Assembly (NCBI GenBank): GCA_032718475.1
Contig: JAUCBJ010003155.1
Location: 1-32,393 of the forward strand
Length of the DNA stretch: 32,393 nucleotides
Direction: 5' to 3'
From: Nemertoderma westbladi
Lineage: Eukaryota; Animalia; Xenacoelomorpha
The notes below the pieces were generated by a model that saw nothing but the letters and a program-made list of their open reading frames with translations, ran no database searches and had not been told where the DNA came from. Shown piece after piece: positions 11,010-21,107 of this stretch. The translations under genes and the position numbers were made by a program. Every line of letters starts with the position of its first letter. The first letter of the stretch is position 1.

Positions 11010-11439
11010 GCGGGGGGCGCGTGAAGTGACTATAAAACAAAGACCAAAGACCCAAATAATAAAGACCTGCATAATATTGTAACATGTGTTAACTTTCGTT
11101 TATTGTTTTTTGTTCTCCCAACACGCTACTGTAAGCTGCTCATTTACTAACCTGCTTCTTTAAAGGCAATGGCACCTAACGCTCTTTGGGACCAGTACAA
11201 AACAAAGAGGTAAAGTCGCGTTACAACCCAAAGAGCGTTACGACCCAAAGAGCGTTAGGTCCCAAAGACGTAGGCCATTGCCATTTAAAGGAGCAGTTTA
11301 GTAAAGGAGCTGGTTACAGGAGGCGTGTTGGGGGAACCAAAACAATAAACGAAAAATAAACATGTGACACATGTAACACATGTGTTTTGTACGGGTCTTT
11401 ATTTTGTTTTTTTTATCGTTATTTGTTTTGTAGTCACCC
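11010..11439. mobile_element. Foldback MITE with 8-bp TSD TCCAATAG
   Basis: Imperfect long inverted arms (GTGACTATAAAACAA / TTGTTTTGTAGTCAC; AATGGCACCTAACGCTCTTTGGGACC / GGTCCCAAAGACGTAGGCCATT). TCCAATAG occurs at 11002-11009 and 11440-11447. Confidence 0.8.
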
Positions 11440-11952
11440 TCCAATAGATGGATATTATTACGTTGTTAAAACGTTTGCCGTTGGGGACCATCGTAACTAT
11501 AATACATAGATAATTGGTTCCATGATCGATAAATTGGCGCCAACTACTAGCGAGGTATTGTTAGACAACCCCTTGTTACGATTTTATAAAGTGACGAGGC
11601 CGCAAACCTTCTATTGTAAAGTTCCAGTATTTTTGTATTCCCTGAATCAATCTCGCAGAGTTACCCACCGATGTTGGTGGGGATAGAGGCCCGATGTTCT
11701 TAGTAGCTACCGGTGTATCTGTTATATCTATTGTATTTGGATCTAATAGGTACCGAATACTATACCCACGTTCACTTCTAAGGCGCTCCACTCCCCTAAG
11801 CATTGTAGATGCTGCATTCAGTATTACAGTCAGCCAAACCCAGAAAGTATTAAAGGCCCCGCCTGGTGAGGTTTGTGTCATTAATTTTAATTATATTGGT
11901 AATATTTAGACTGTCACATTTTATACGTCAGTTAGTCTGAATTGTATTAAAT

Positions 11953-13944
11953 ATGTCTTCGAATACTTTGAGTGACGCTGCTTGGGATTTACTGGATCGT
12001 ATCATGGCAGATGAAAGTGATTCTCAGTCCGGTGATGAGGAACAAGAGAACTGCGTCGCTCCACCAACTGTTAATAAAGAAATCGAGACAAACAGCGGTA
12101 TAAACGTTATCAGTTTTAAATCAGAAGCGGAACCTATTTGCGGTACTTCCGAAGATAAATCTCGAAAGATCAAACAAGAGTTCTGTACAGATGAACAATA
12201 TTCTAATAATCACATCGACAACACAAACAGCGGTATAAATGTTATCAGTTTTAAATCGGAATCTATTTGCGGTACTTCCCAAGATAAATCTCGAGTTGTT
12301 AGACAAGATTTCTGTATTGAGAAACTATCTGCTTGTAAAGTTATTGCTAAATCCGTTCTCAAGGGTAAGCGATTTAATCGTAAAGTAAATTTAAAGAATC
12401 CAAAACAATCATTGCATAAAGGTATCAAGTATAATTGTGGGTCTTGTGACAAACAATTTACTCACAAAGGACATATGAGGAACCACATGAAAACAGTGCA
12501 TAAAGGCATCAAGTATAATTGCAGTTCTTGTGACAAACAATTTAGTGACAAAGGAGTTCTAAAGAAACACATAGAATCAGTACATAAAGGTATCACGTAT
12601 AATTGCGGTTCTTGTGACAAACAATTTAGTGACAAAGGGAATCTAAAGAGACACATGGAATCAGTTCATAGAGGCATCAAGTATAATTGCGGTTCTTGTG
12701 ACAAACAATTTAGTGACAAAGGAGTTCTAAAGAAACACATGGAATCAGTACATAAAGGTATCACGTATAATTGCGGTTCTTGTGACAAACAATTTAGTGA
12801 CAAAGGGAATCTAAAGAGACACATGGAATCAGTTCATAGAGGCATCAAGTATAATTGCGGTTCTTGTGACAAACAATTTAGTGACAAAAATAATCTGAAG
12901 AGACACATGGAATCAGTACATAAAGGTATCAAGTATAATTGCAGTTCTTGTGACAAACAATTTAGTGACAAAGGAGTTCTAAAGAAACACATAGAATCAG
13001 TACATAAAGGTATCAAGTCTAAATGTGTTTATTGTGACAAACAATTTACTAACAAAGTTCATCTGAAGATACACATAGAATCAGTACATAAAGGTATCAA
13101 GTATAAATGCGGTTCTTGTGACAAACAATCTAGTGACAAACGGAGTCTAAAGAGACACATAGAATCAGTACATAAAGGCATCAAGTATAAATGCGGTTAC
13201 TGTGACAAACAATTTAGTAACAAAGGATATCTGAAGATTCACATAGAATCAGTACATAAAGGCATCAAGTATAAATGCGGTTACTGTGACAAACAATTTA
13301 CTAAAAAAGTACATCTGAAGATACACATAGAATCAGTACACAAAGGCATCAAGTATAAATGCGGTTCTTGTGACAAACAATTTGGTGACAAACGGAGTCT
13401 AAAGAGACACATGGAATTAATTCATAAAGGTATCAAGTATAATTGCGGTTCTTGTGACCAACAATTTACTCAAAAAGGAAATCTAAGGACCCACATAGAA
13501 TCAGTACATAAAGGCATCAAGTATAAATGCGGTTCTTGTGACAAACAATTTACTCAAAAAGGACATATGAGGCACCACATGAAAACAGTGCATAAAGGCA
13601 TCAAGTATAATTGCAGTTCTTGTGACAAACAATTTAGTAGAAAAGGACATCTAAGGACCCACATGGAATCAATACATAAAGGTATCAAGTATAAATGCGG
13701 TTCTTGTGAAAAACAATTTACTAAAAAAGTACATCTGAAGATACACGTGGAATCAGTACATAAAGGTATCAAGTATAAATGCGGTTCTTGTGACAAACAA
13801 TTTAGTAACAAAGGATATCTGAAGATTCACATAGAATCAGTACATAAAGGTATCAAGTATAAATGCGGTTACTGTGACAAACAATATAGTCAAAAGGGAT
13901 ATCTGAAGAAACACATAGAATCAGTTCACAAAGATACCAATTAA
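11953..13944 (+). CDS. Tandem C2H2 zinc-finger protein, 18 fingers, single uninterrupted ORF (663 aa)
   Basis: 18 contiguous 28-aa repeats C-x2-C-x12-H-x4-H with a KGIKY-type linker; acidic N-terminus; ATG start, TAA stop; AATAAA near 14397. Confidence 0.95.
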   Translation: MSSNTLSDAAWDLLDRIMADESDSQSGDEEQENCVAPPTVNKEIETNSGINVISFKSEAEPICGTSEDKSRKIKQEFCTDEQYSNNHIDNTNSGINVISFKSESICGTSQDKSRVVRQDFCIEKLSACKVIAKSVLKGKRFNRKVNLKNPKQSLHKGIKYNCGSCDKQFTHKGHMRNHMKTVHKGIKYNCSSCDKQFSDKGVLKKHIESVHKGITYNCGSCDKQFSDKGNLKRHMESVHRGIKYNCGSCDKQFSDKGVLKKHMESVHKGITYNCGSCDKQFSDKGNLKRHMESVHRGIKYNCGSCDKQFSDKNNLKRHMESVHKGIKYNCSSCDKQFSDKGVLKKHIESVHKGIKSKCVYCDKQFTNKVHLKIHIESVHKGIKYKCGSCDKQSSDKRSLKRHIESVHKGIKYKCGYCDKQFSNKGYLKIHIESVHKGIKYKCGYCDKQFTKKVHLKIHIESVHKGIKYKCGSCDKQFGDKRSLKRHMELIHKGIKYNCGSCDQQFTQKGNLRTHIESVHKGIKYKCGSCDKQFTQKGHMRHHMKTVHKGIKYNCSSCDKQFSRKGHLRTHMESIHKGIKYKCGSCEKQFTKKVHLKIHVESVHKGIKYKCGSCDKQFSNKGYLKIHIESVHKGIKYKCGYCDKQYSQKGYLKKHIESVHKDTN

Positions 13945-14147
13945 GGCTCCTGGTGGTGGAATCTGTAAATTTAATTATCGACTTCAATCCCGTTTTATCA
14001 ACAGAAACTCATAAACTGCGGTACCGCTGTCTGTCTGTTCATCCCCTTACAAACAACTACAGTATACTGTATGTGTACTTTGTTATCTTAAACTGAAAGT
14101 GTTGATGTTGAGTTTACATTAATGATATATAATTTTAACTATATCAT

Positions 14148-14181
14148 ATAATTATTTCACCATGGCTCGTGAAATAATTAT
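14148..14181. other. Perfect 13-bp hairpin, possibly the terminus of a non-autonomous element (Crypton-like from recall)
   Basis: ATAATTATTTCAC-CATGGCTC-GTGAAATAATTAT, followed by CCAATCAGA. The hairpin is directly visible; the family is an inference. Confidence 0.45.
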
Positions 14182-14485
14182 TAACCAATCAGACCCCAGA
14201 CAGATATTTTTCGCGGGAAGGTTTAAACTTTGACGTAAATTTTCCCGGAATAACATTTTTCATTTTGAAATAGATAATCATCCGCTATTATCACCAAATT
14301 TCTTTAATTCAGCTCATTGGATCTGGTTTCGACAGTTCTTTAAATGTATCTTATGAAATTTTGATCAATATTTGCACTTTTGTGTAATTTATTTTAAATA
14401 AAACGTTAATAAATTAATTAAAATTAAAATGGTAAATTAAAAGTTATAAGATAAATTTATAGATAATTTATAGGATAAATTATAA

Positions 14486-15435
14486 GGGGGGGGGGGGGGG
14501 GGGGCTCACCATTTTCGGACAACTCTTCGATTTATCACTCTCAGCGTTTTTAAATTGTTTGGTTTTGGCTATAATTTGAAATATAGGTACTGTACCTAAG
14601 ATGCTATTCTACATGACAGGTCAGAAAAATTTTATTTTTCGCAATTTAATACTGTATTAGTTAATAATAGTAAACAATAAAAAAAACTTGGTTGTGATTA
14701 AAATCTTAAGGCTTTGACAGTTTTGAATCTAATCACATGAAAGTTTTTTTATACTGTATGATAGATCAAAGATGGGGCAACATAACTATCAGGCGAAATT
14801 TTGTGAAAATATTTATGCACCGCTAGGTGGCGCTGCAAATTTATGTTATATTTTAGGTTTGTTCTAAACTTCTAAATAGTATTAAATTTTATTAACAAAA
14901 AATTTCGAAAAATTGTCTGTTACTTTTATGCAGGGTGGCTATGTAGAGACCCCCAGAAATGTTCTGACTAATTGCTCAAAAATTGAAGAAGTACATGGAT
15001 TTTGAAATTACCAATTTCATAAAAAAAATATTTGGAGATAATCGACCTTTCATTATACATAGTAATTGTAATTGTAATTTATTTTTTTTGTTATTGTTAT
15101 TGTTATAGTAAATTAGATATAGGAAGTACATCGTTGTAGAAAACGTTTGTGGCCAATTAAAAGAAACATTATACAAACAAACAACAACAATAGGCCTAGT
15201 AATTTCAATAGTGCACCCTAAATGGTAATTGTTATATAACTTGAAAACTAAAAGAGCCATTAAATAGCGGTTTTCAGATTAGGAAACACCATTTACTGTA
15301 ATCGTGCATTATAATTGATCATAAAAATAATTTCGACATATTTTGGACCAAAATGATGTACCCATATTTCACTAACTTGCAATGCGCCATTAGAAAACAG
15401 TTCGCAACATATAGTTGTGTTCTATTAACCCCCCC
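14486..15435. mobile_element. Probable non-autonomous Kolobok-like element
   Basis: Starts ATAA|GGGG and ends CCCC|TTAA (RR..YY ends at a TTAA-like target). 14523-14685 is an inverted homolog of 23185-23341, which lies upstream of the transposase ORF. Confidence 0.5.
14818..14836 (+). promoter_or_regulatory. CTCF-like motif inside a transposon
   Basis: CACCGCTAGGTGGCGCTGC matches the CTCF core CC(A/G)C(C/T)AG(A/G)(T/G)GGCGC and is a GC island in AT-rich sequence. Confidence 0.45.
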
Positions 15436-15441
15436 TTAAAA

Positions 15442-16532
15442 CCCTTTCCCGACCAGGGATCTAAAATTTAGTGCCCGCCAGTGCTCCAACATTTTAGAAA
15501 AAAATATTATTGTAATTTAGCTGTGCATAACTTCGGTTGTGGTGGTCCTACAAACTCAGTTTTTAGTTTTTTAGAATCAACATAGAATTGTGAACATTAA
15601 TATTATAATTAATTACCAATTAATTCACAGCAATTCACAGCTTGTGAGTTTGGTAATTACCAAAACCGCCAGGGCACAATCTTGGTTTATCGTAAAAAAT
15701 AGCAGAATACCGTAAAATAGAACACATGCAAATCTGATTTTCTTTAAAGTTTTTTTATTTACCCAGCAGACCCCGACAACATAATTGTAAAAAAAATAGC
15801 GCAACATTGTTGTATACCGATATCGAGATGTAATTTTATCCAAAATGATCAGTTTATACTCTCTCGTGATGAACAGTGGGTGTTTGTAGTCTTCCAGTTG
15901 TATCGATAATATCACTGCAACCAACCGTCAGACTGCAGTGTCATCAGAGTCTTCTTCTGCAAATGCAATATCACGCCACCCCAGTCCCAGGTCTCATATA
16001 TAGATATATAACAAATCAGTACCAGTATCACTGTCAGATTCTCTATCGGAATCGGAACCAGCAGTTTCGGAATCATCATTCTCCCTTGCTGTTATCGTTA
16101 TCCCTGCATGCTTCATTCTGTCATTGTCTGATTGTCGGTGTCGTCATCGCCATCATAATCCTCTCCTCATTCTCAATCTCGTAGCCAGCTCTTTGGCGGA
16201 TTCCGCTAGTAGTGCGCAGCTAAGACAGTAGGCCTACAGCAATATGCAGTAAGGCACTATATTGTGCTGTACTGCTGTAGCAGTGCCGTAATTCCGAATT
16301 TTCAAATTTATGTTGCTAGGGCAGACTGGTCTGGTAGGCCTACTACAGTACTATAAAATTATATTTTTTTACTTATTAACTGCTGAACTGCTCCAGTTGC
16401 CTATAAAACACACCAGTTTGTGTTCCAACGTCATAGGAATGCCTAAATGTCAGTATAAAACCCATGGACTACCATGTAGTCCATGGAACAGTCCTTGCAT
16501 GTACTACCATGTAGTCCATGGTCGGGAAAGGG
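15442..16532 (-). mobile_element. piggyBac-type internally deleted element
   Basis: 14-bp TIR CCCTTTCCCGACCA / TGGTCGGGAAAGGG; TTAA on the right and TTAAAA on the left; subterminal palindromic repeats CATGGACTACCATGTAGTCCATG; decayed acidic minus-strand coding patch (ENDDSETAGSDSDRESDSDTGTD). Confidence 0.85.
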
Positions 16533-16758
16533 TTAAGAAAATATCAGGAATATATGGACCAAACAATACCCACCACCAACAGACAACTAACATACTGTAT
16601 GTACAGTAATGCAGTAATTGGGTCTTTGGTTTCTGTTTTGTACTCACCCGCGGATCGTCGGTATAATACAGTATGATTAAACATTTTGTTTGATTTATCG
16701 AAATATATGTTGAACGAATTTGTAAAAATAAATTTTCCATACAATATTTGGTGTTGGG

Positions 16759-16871
16759 AGAATTGTTTTTGATTGATAAGTAAATATTTTTGGGGTATGA
16801 ATAATTGTTTTTGAGCGAATGAATAATTGTTTTCGGGGAATGAATAATTGTTTTTGGGGGGTGAATAATTT
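16759..16871. repeat. Short tandem repeat (~21-bp unit, GAATAATTGTTTT core)
   Basis: The core recurs four to five times. Confidence 0.7.
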
Positions 16872-17066
16872 TCTTTGGTGAGAGAGATATTCAAAATTGG
16901 GGGAAGTAAATTGGTGCTACAAAAAAATATATTTGGTGCTAAATATTTTTTTTTGGTGTGAAATCATCTATAAATTTGGGGTGGCATTCAATTAGTGGCG
17001 ATTCAAATTTTTTTTCTATGATGTGTTTTTGCTATATGTCTGTGTGAAATAACTTTCAATATAATT

Positions 17067-17777
17067 GGATATATCTTTTTACAGAACACAGCAGAACACA
17101 GTAGAACACAGCAGAACACAATAGAATAAAGGCGGAACATAGGCGAACACAGCTGTAATTAAAATCTACACCAAAAAATAACACACTTGGGAAAGTACCG
17201 GATTTAATCATACAACTGTAAGATGTCAATTACATATTTAAATTAAATGGCGGTTTTCCATATCCTCCAAAATAAATTACTTCTCATTATCCTGTAACCA
17301 TGGAGAGTTGGTTAGTTCTACAGCAGTACAGTACCGGTAGCTGAGTAGGCCTACATCAGTACATTGGTAATATACTCTACACTGTGCCCGGTAATTGCCG
17401 GTAAATGCCTACATCTGTTTGTCTGTACAATGTACAGTCTGTCAGTCTGTACATGTCTCTACAGCACTAGGCCTACTGCAGTACTGGAACAGGCTGACAG
17501 GCAGACTGCTGCTGTGCTGGACTAGTAACAGGTACAGGCCTAACCGAACCAGCTGATCGGGCAACTCTGATCAGGTAATTTATTTTGGAGGATATGGAAA
17601 CCGCCATTTAATTTAAATATGTAATTGACATCTTACAGTTGTATGATTAAGTCCGGTACTTTCCCAAGTGTGTTATTTTTTGGTGTAGATTTTAATTACA
17701 GCTGTGTTCGCCTATGTTCCGCCTGTATTCTATTGTGTTCTGCTGTGTTCTACTGTGTTCTGTAAAAAGAACTATCC
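17067..17777. mobile_element. Mutator (MULE)-type MITE with ~210-bp TIRs and perfect 9-bp TSD AATATAATT
   Basis: Arms 17067-17280 and 17575-17777 are near-perfect reverse complements; ends GGATA..TATCC; TSD at 17058-17066 and 17778-17786. Confidence 0.93.
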
Positions 17778-17890
17778 AATATAATTTAAATTCTATATAA
17801 GCCTACTAAGACCACAGATACCTCTAGTACACAGACAAACACACGCTGGAGATTTGTATACAGTAAAGTACTGTAGAAGATACAAAAAAA

Positions 17891-18105
17891 TACACCGGGA
17901 GTGAGAATACACTAGGGAAATTTATCCGGGGATGGATTTGCACAGAGTGAAAATTGTTAAATGCAGGGGTGAGTTTTCATTAGAGGGGGTTAAAATACAC
18001 TTGGGAAAAGCCTCCCGGGAGTCCGGGAGTGAGAATACACAAACACTAGGGAATTTTGACCGGGGAGTGATTTTGCATGGGGAGTGAAAATTCTCTGTTA
18101 CACCG
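17891..18105. repeat. Degenerate repeat cluster (GGGAGTGAGAATACAC / GGGGAGTGA), likely a MITE end fragment
   Basis: The motif recurs several times and the cluster ends in TGTTACACCG. No partner terminus was found. Confidence 0.5.
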
Positions 18106-18383
18106 ATATTTACATAATATACAGTACATACATATTATATTTTTCAGTTTATTACCACTGTCTGACAGTGCATGCTTTGTGTGGGAATTGTTCTTAAACA
18201 ATAAATGCGAGATAAATCGGTCCAAAAATGGTCACTGGGGAACGGTGTTTGTCACTGTGTCTCAAATGTGATAGAGAAGAGTAAGAAAGAACCCTTTCAG
18301 CCTTTGTTTTCTGCCCTAGCTTCTTGGTATTTTGCCCTAAACAGCTGAACGGTTCGGTTATGCGGTGCGGTAGCCGGTAGCCG

Positions 18384-18479
18384 GTAGGCAGTACGAAGGC
18401 TATTCAGCTATTACAGTATAATTGGTACCAGTATTTTATTTATTTGTATTCGAATTTATTTCCGTAATTTATTTACTAC
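18384..18479. repeat. Dispersed ~95-bp repeat, copy 2
   Basis: Matches 5314-5409. Confidence 0.9.
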
Positions 18480-18532
18480 AGTCTGACAGTACTACCGGCC
18501 AGGTTGGAACTTATGTAGAGTTTGCTCAACAT

Positions 18533-18648
18533 GTGTGGCGCACATTTAGGATCCTCAGATCCTGGTGCGAAGGAACACGGGCGTGTGGCGCGCATTTAGG
18601 ATCCTGGCGCGAAGGAACAGGGGTGTGCTGGTGTGTGGCGCGCATTGA
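18533..18648. repeat. GC-rich tandem repeat, ~50-bp unit, about 2.3 copies
   Basis: GTGTGGCGCRCATTTAGGATCCTGGYGCGAAGGAACA is repeated. Confidence 0.8.
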
Positions 18649-18684
18649 CAGTAGGGAACATATGCTTAAGCACTGAAGCAGTAC

Positions 18685-19897
18685 GGGTCGCACTTCTTAT
18701 TTACAGATCACACTGCTTATTTAGGCAGTTTTACTCTATTTTTTTGTGTTGTTTTGATGGTTTGACAGGTAGCAAATCAAAAGGGCCCCAATTTTTCTCC
18801 TCCAATGGGAACGTTTGTATACCCTGAGTCTGTGAGTCATATTTTGAAATCAGCAATTAATTCTGTCCTGTAGAAGTCAATATAATAGGCTTCTACCTGT
18901 CTACTATGAAGCAGTATTTCCAATACAGCAATATCTCCTGGAATACTTTCTGACGAGTCGCACTTCCTAAATAAGAGTTTTGGCTTGTTTAAATAAACAG
19001 TGCGATCTTAACCAAGTTTATAGCTACTTCTTATATAAGCAGTGCGGGGTTGTTGTAACCTCTAGTTAATGGTAGACCTATCTCTTAAATAAGCAGTGCC
19101 CCAATTGAATTAAGACTGCGTTTCTTAAACCCAGCACCTAGCCTAATACAGTAAAGTAAAATAATACTTTTCTGATTTTATTTTTAATGGATAAAGAGAC
19201 TGACCAAGAAGAACGGGATCTTCAAATACCGGAAGAGGAAGAACAACAACCTCAACAAACCGATGGAATTCTTGAGGCGGAAATTCAGGAGTCAATATCG
19301 AACATCCTCTCGAGCGTTAGTGGAACATTAGGCCTATATGATCCGGGACTTTAAGATTTGAAGGTCAGAATGAGTGGCTGTGCCACTTTCAGCAGCTGGT
19401 GTTGGAATTGAGAAAAGTGCCGCATCTACGTCTGAGTCAATTTCAGTATGAATTTGAGATCTTGACAATTCATAACATTTATCACAAACAAATTTGTTAC
19501 GTGTTGAAATCTTTCTATTCATTATCATATACTTGATCACAGTTTTCTGAAATCTTCCATGAGTTTTCGAAGAACTTAAATTAATAAGTCCAGTGGTACC
19601 AGAACACGACCCACACTGCTTCTTAAATTTTGGTTTTGTCGAGGCTTCGCTTTCAGGAGGTGTTTCATCCATTATTACAATTCTGCAATTTACAAGCAAT
19701 GGGCGACTCACATATACATTCAGACATTAGTATTACCGGTATAGGCTGACATGTTTATTTGATACCCATAAATTAACTAATTTAGTCAGATAGGTTCATA
19801 GGTATATGAGTGAGTAGATAAAAAAATTAGTGAGTAGATAAAAAACTGCTTCTTTAAGAAGTAACCAGAAGTTATAACAACCCCGCACTGCTTATTT
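18685..19897. mobile_element. Putative deleted DNA transposon with subterminal repeats and two convergent truncated ORFs
   Basis: Repeated motif ACTTCTTAAATAAGCAGTG; ~35-bp inverted match between ~19036-19069 and ~19862-19895; ORFs at 19187-19354 (+) and 19334-19672 (-). The outer boundaries are uncertain. Confidence 0.5.
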
Positions 19898-20435
19898 CCC
19901 AGTTAAACATGAACTTATGTTTCATATGTGGTATATATATGTTGTATGGAATAGGTGTGTCTGGAAATTGGGTTTTTATGCTCATGTATGAATAATACAT
20001 GTCACGCATGCGGTGATACATACACTTAGAATGTGTGTATCGCCATTTATGGTATTTATATGTTGCACATATGAATTTATCATAAATAAATGTGTGAGAA
20101 TGCGCATGTGAATAATATATGTCAAGCATATGTGAAATAGCCATAGCCAAGACTCCGAGTTAAATTTAAATCCATAAACTATTCAATTCGTAATTGTGTA
20201 ATCCAGTTCATGGATTTTATATGTTGCACACATGTATGCTTGTATTATTATACCCCCCCCCGGGTATAATAATAGACCATAAATTTTGGACGCTCTATAG
20301 ATGCATCTAAAATTATTTTTTTGCTAGGAGTCATATTTTGAGTTTTGTGACTAAGGAATTAAAATTTTGGAAAAATTCAAAATTTTTCAAAAATTTTATT
20401 TTTTCGCCAAAATTTTGCCAAAAAGGCAAAAAATG

Positions 20436-20752
20436 AAAAAAATGCTAAGGCTTCTAGCCAAATTATCCAAATACTTCAAAACTCACGTGAGAAAGTCAGT
20501 AGGACGTCCCAAACGATTTGCATTGACAAAATTTTGATATCTTGTCGAGAAGAGCAAAAAGCACCAAAAGGGACATTTTTGGTCCAAAAAATGACCAAAA
20601 TTTCAAAAATTTGGCCCAATTTTTCGAAAAAATTGAGTTTTTAAAAAAATATCAAAATTTTGTCAATGCATTTTGTAAAGGACCCCACAATCATCGATCA
20701 TGCAAAAAATCAGCACATTTGGGCCATTTTTGACAGAGCCTTAGCATTTTTC
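20436..20752. repeat. Internal foldback downstream of the transposase (probable subterminal region)
   Basis: AAAAATGCTAAGGCT / AGCCTTAGCATTTTT and TGCATTGACAAAATTTTGATAT / ATATCAAAATTTTGTCAATGCA are nested inverted pairs. Confidence 0.8.
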
Positions 20753-21107
20753 GTTTGAAAAATGCTAATTGGAGAAAAACAGGTTTAAAGTTAAAGTTTG
20801 TTTATTTTATTATGAAGTTAAATTTTTGAAATTTCGATTAAATGAGATAAACTCAGTGAATTCTAATAAAATTTTTTTCATCTAGTTCCAAATTTTATGT
20901 AGATTCCAAAAATTGTATTATTATCGCATGTTAATCTTAAGGTCATATTATTTCATATAAAAGACATGTTAAAGGGTGTGAATTTTTTGACAAAATTTGA
21001 ACAAAAAACTGAAATCAATAAAAAATAATAATTCAAATTAGGCACTATATTAATATTCATTAATTAAAATTAAATTTAAAAATTTAAAATGAAATTTAAA
21101 AAGTTAA

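Noticed and set aside
11535-11548. TGGCGCCAAC as an LTR primer-binding site
   Set aside because: There is no LTR ending in CA upstream and no gag/pol downstream.
12121-13811. Minus-strand ORFs over the zinc-finger gene
   Set aside because: They are antisense shadows of the 84-bp repeat.
11953-13944. PRDM9 orthology
   Set aside because: There is no PR/SET, KRAB or SSXRD domain in the ORF or nearby; only the mode of array evolution is similar.
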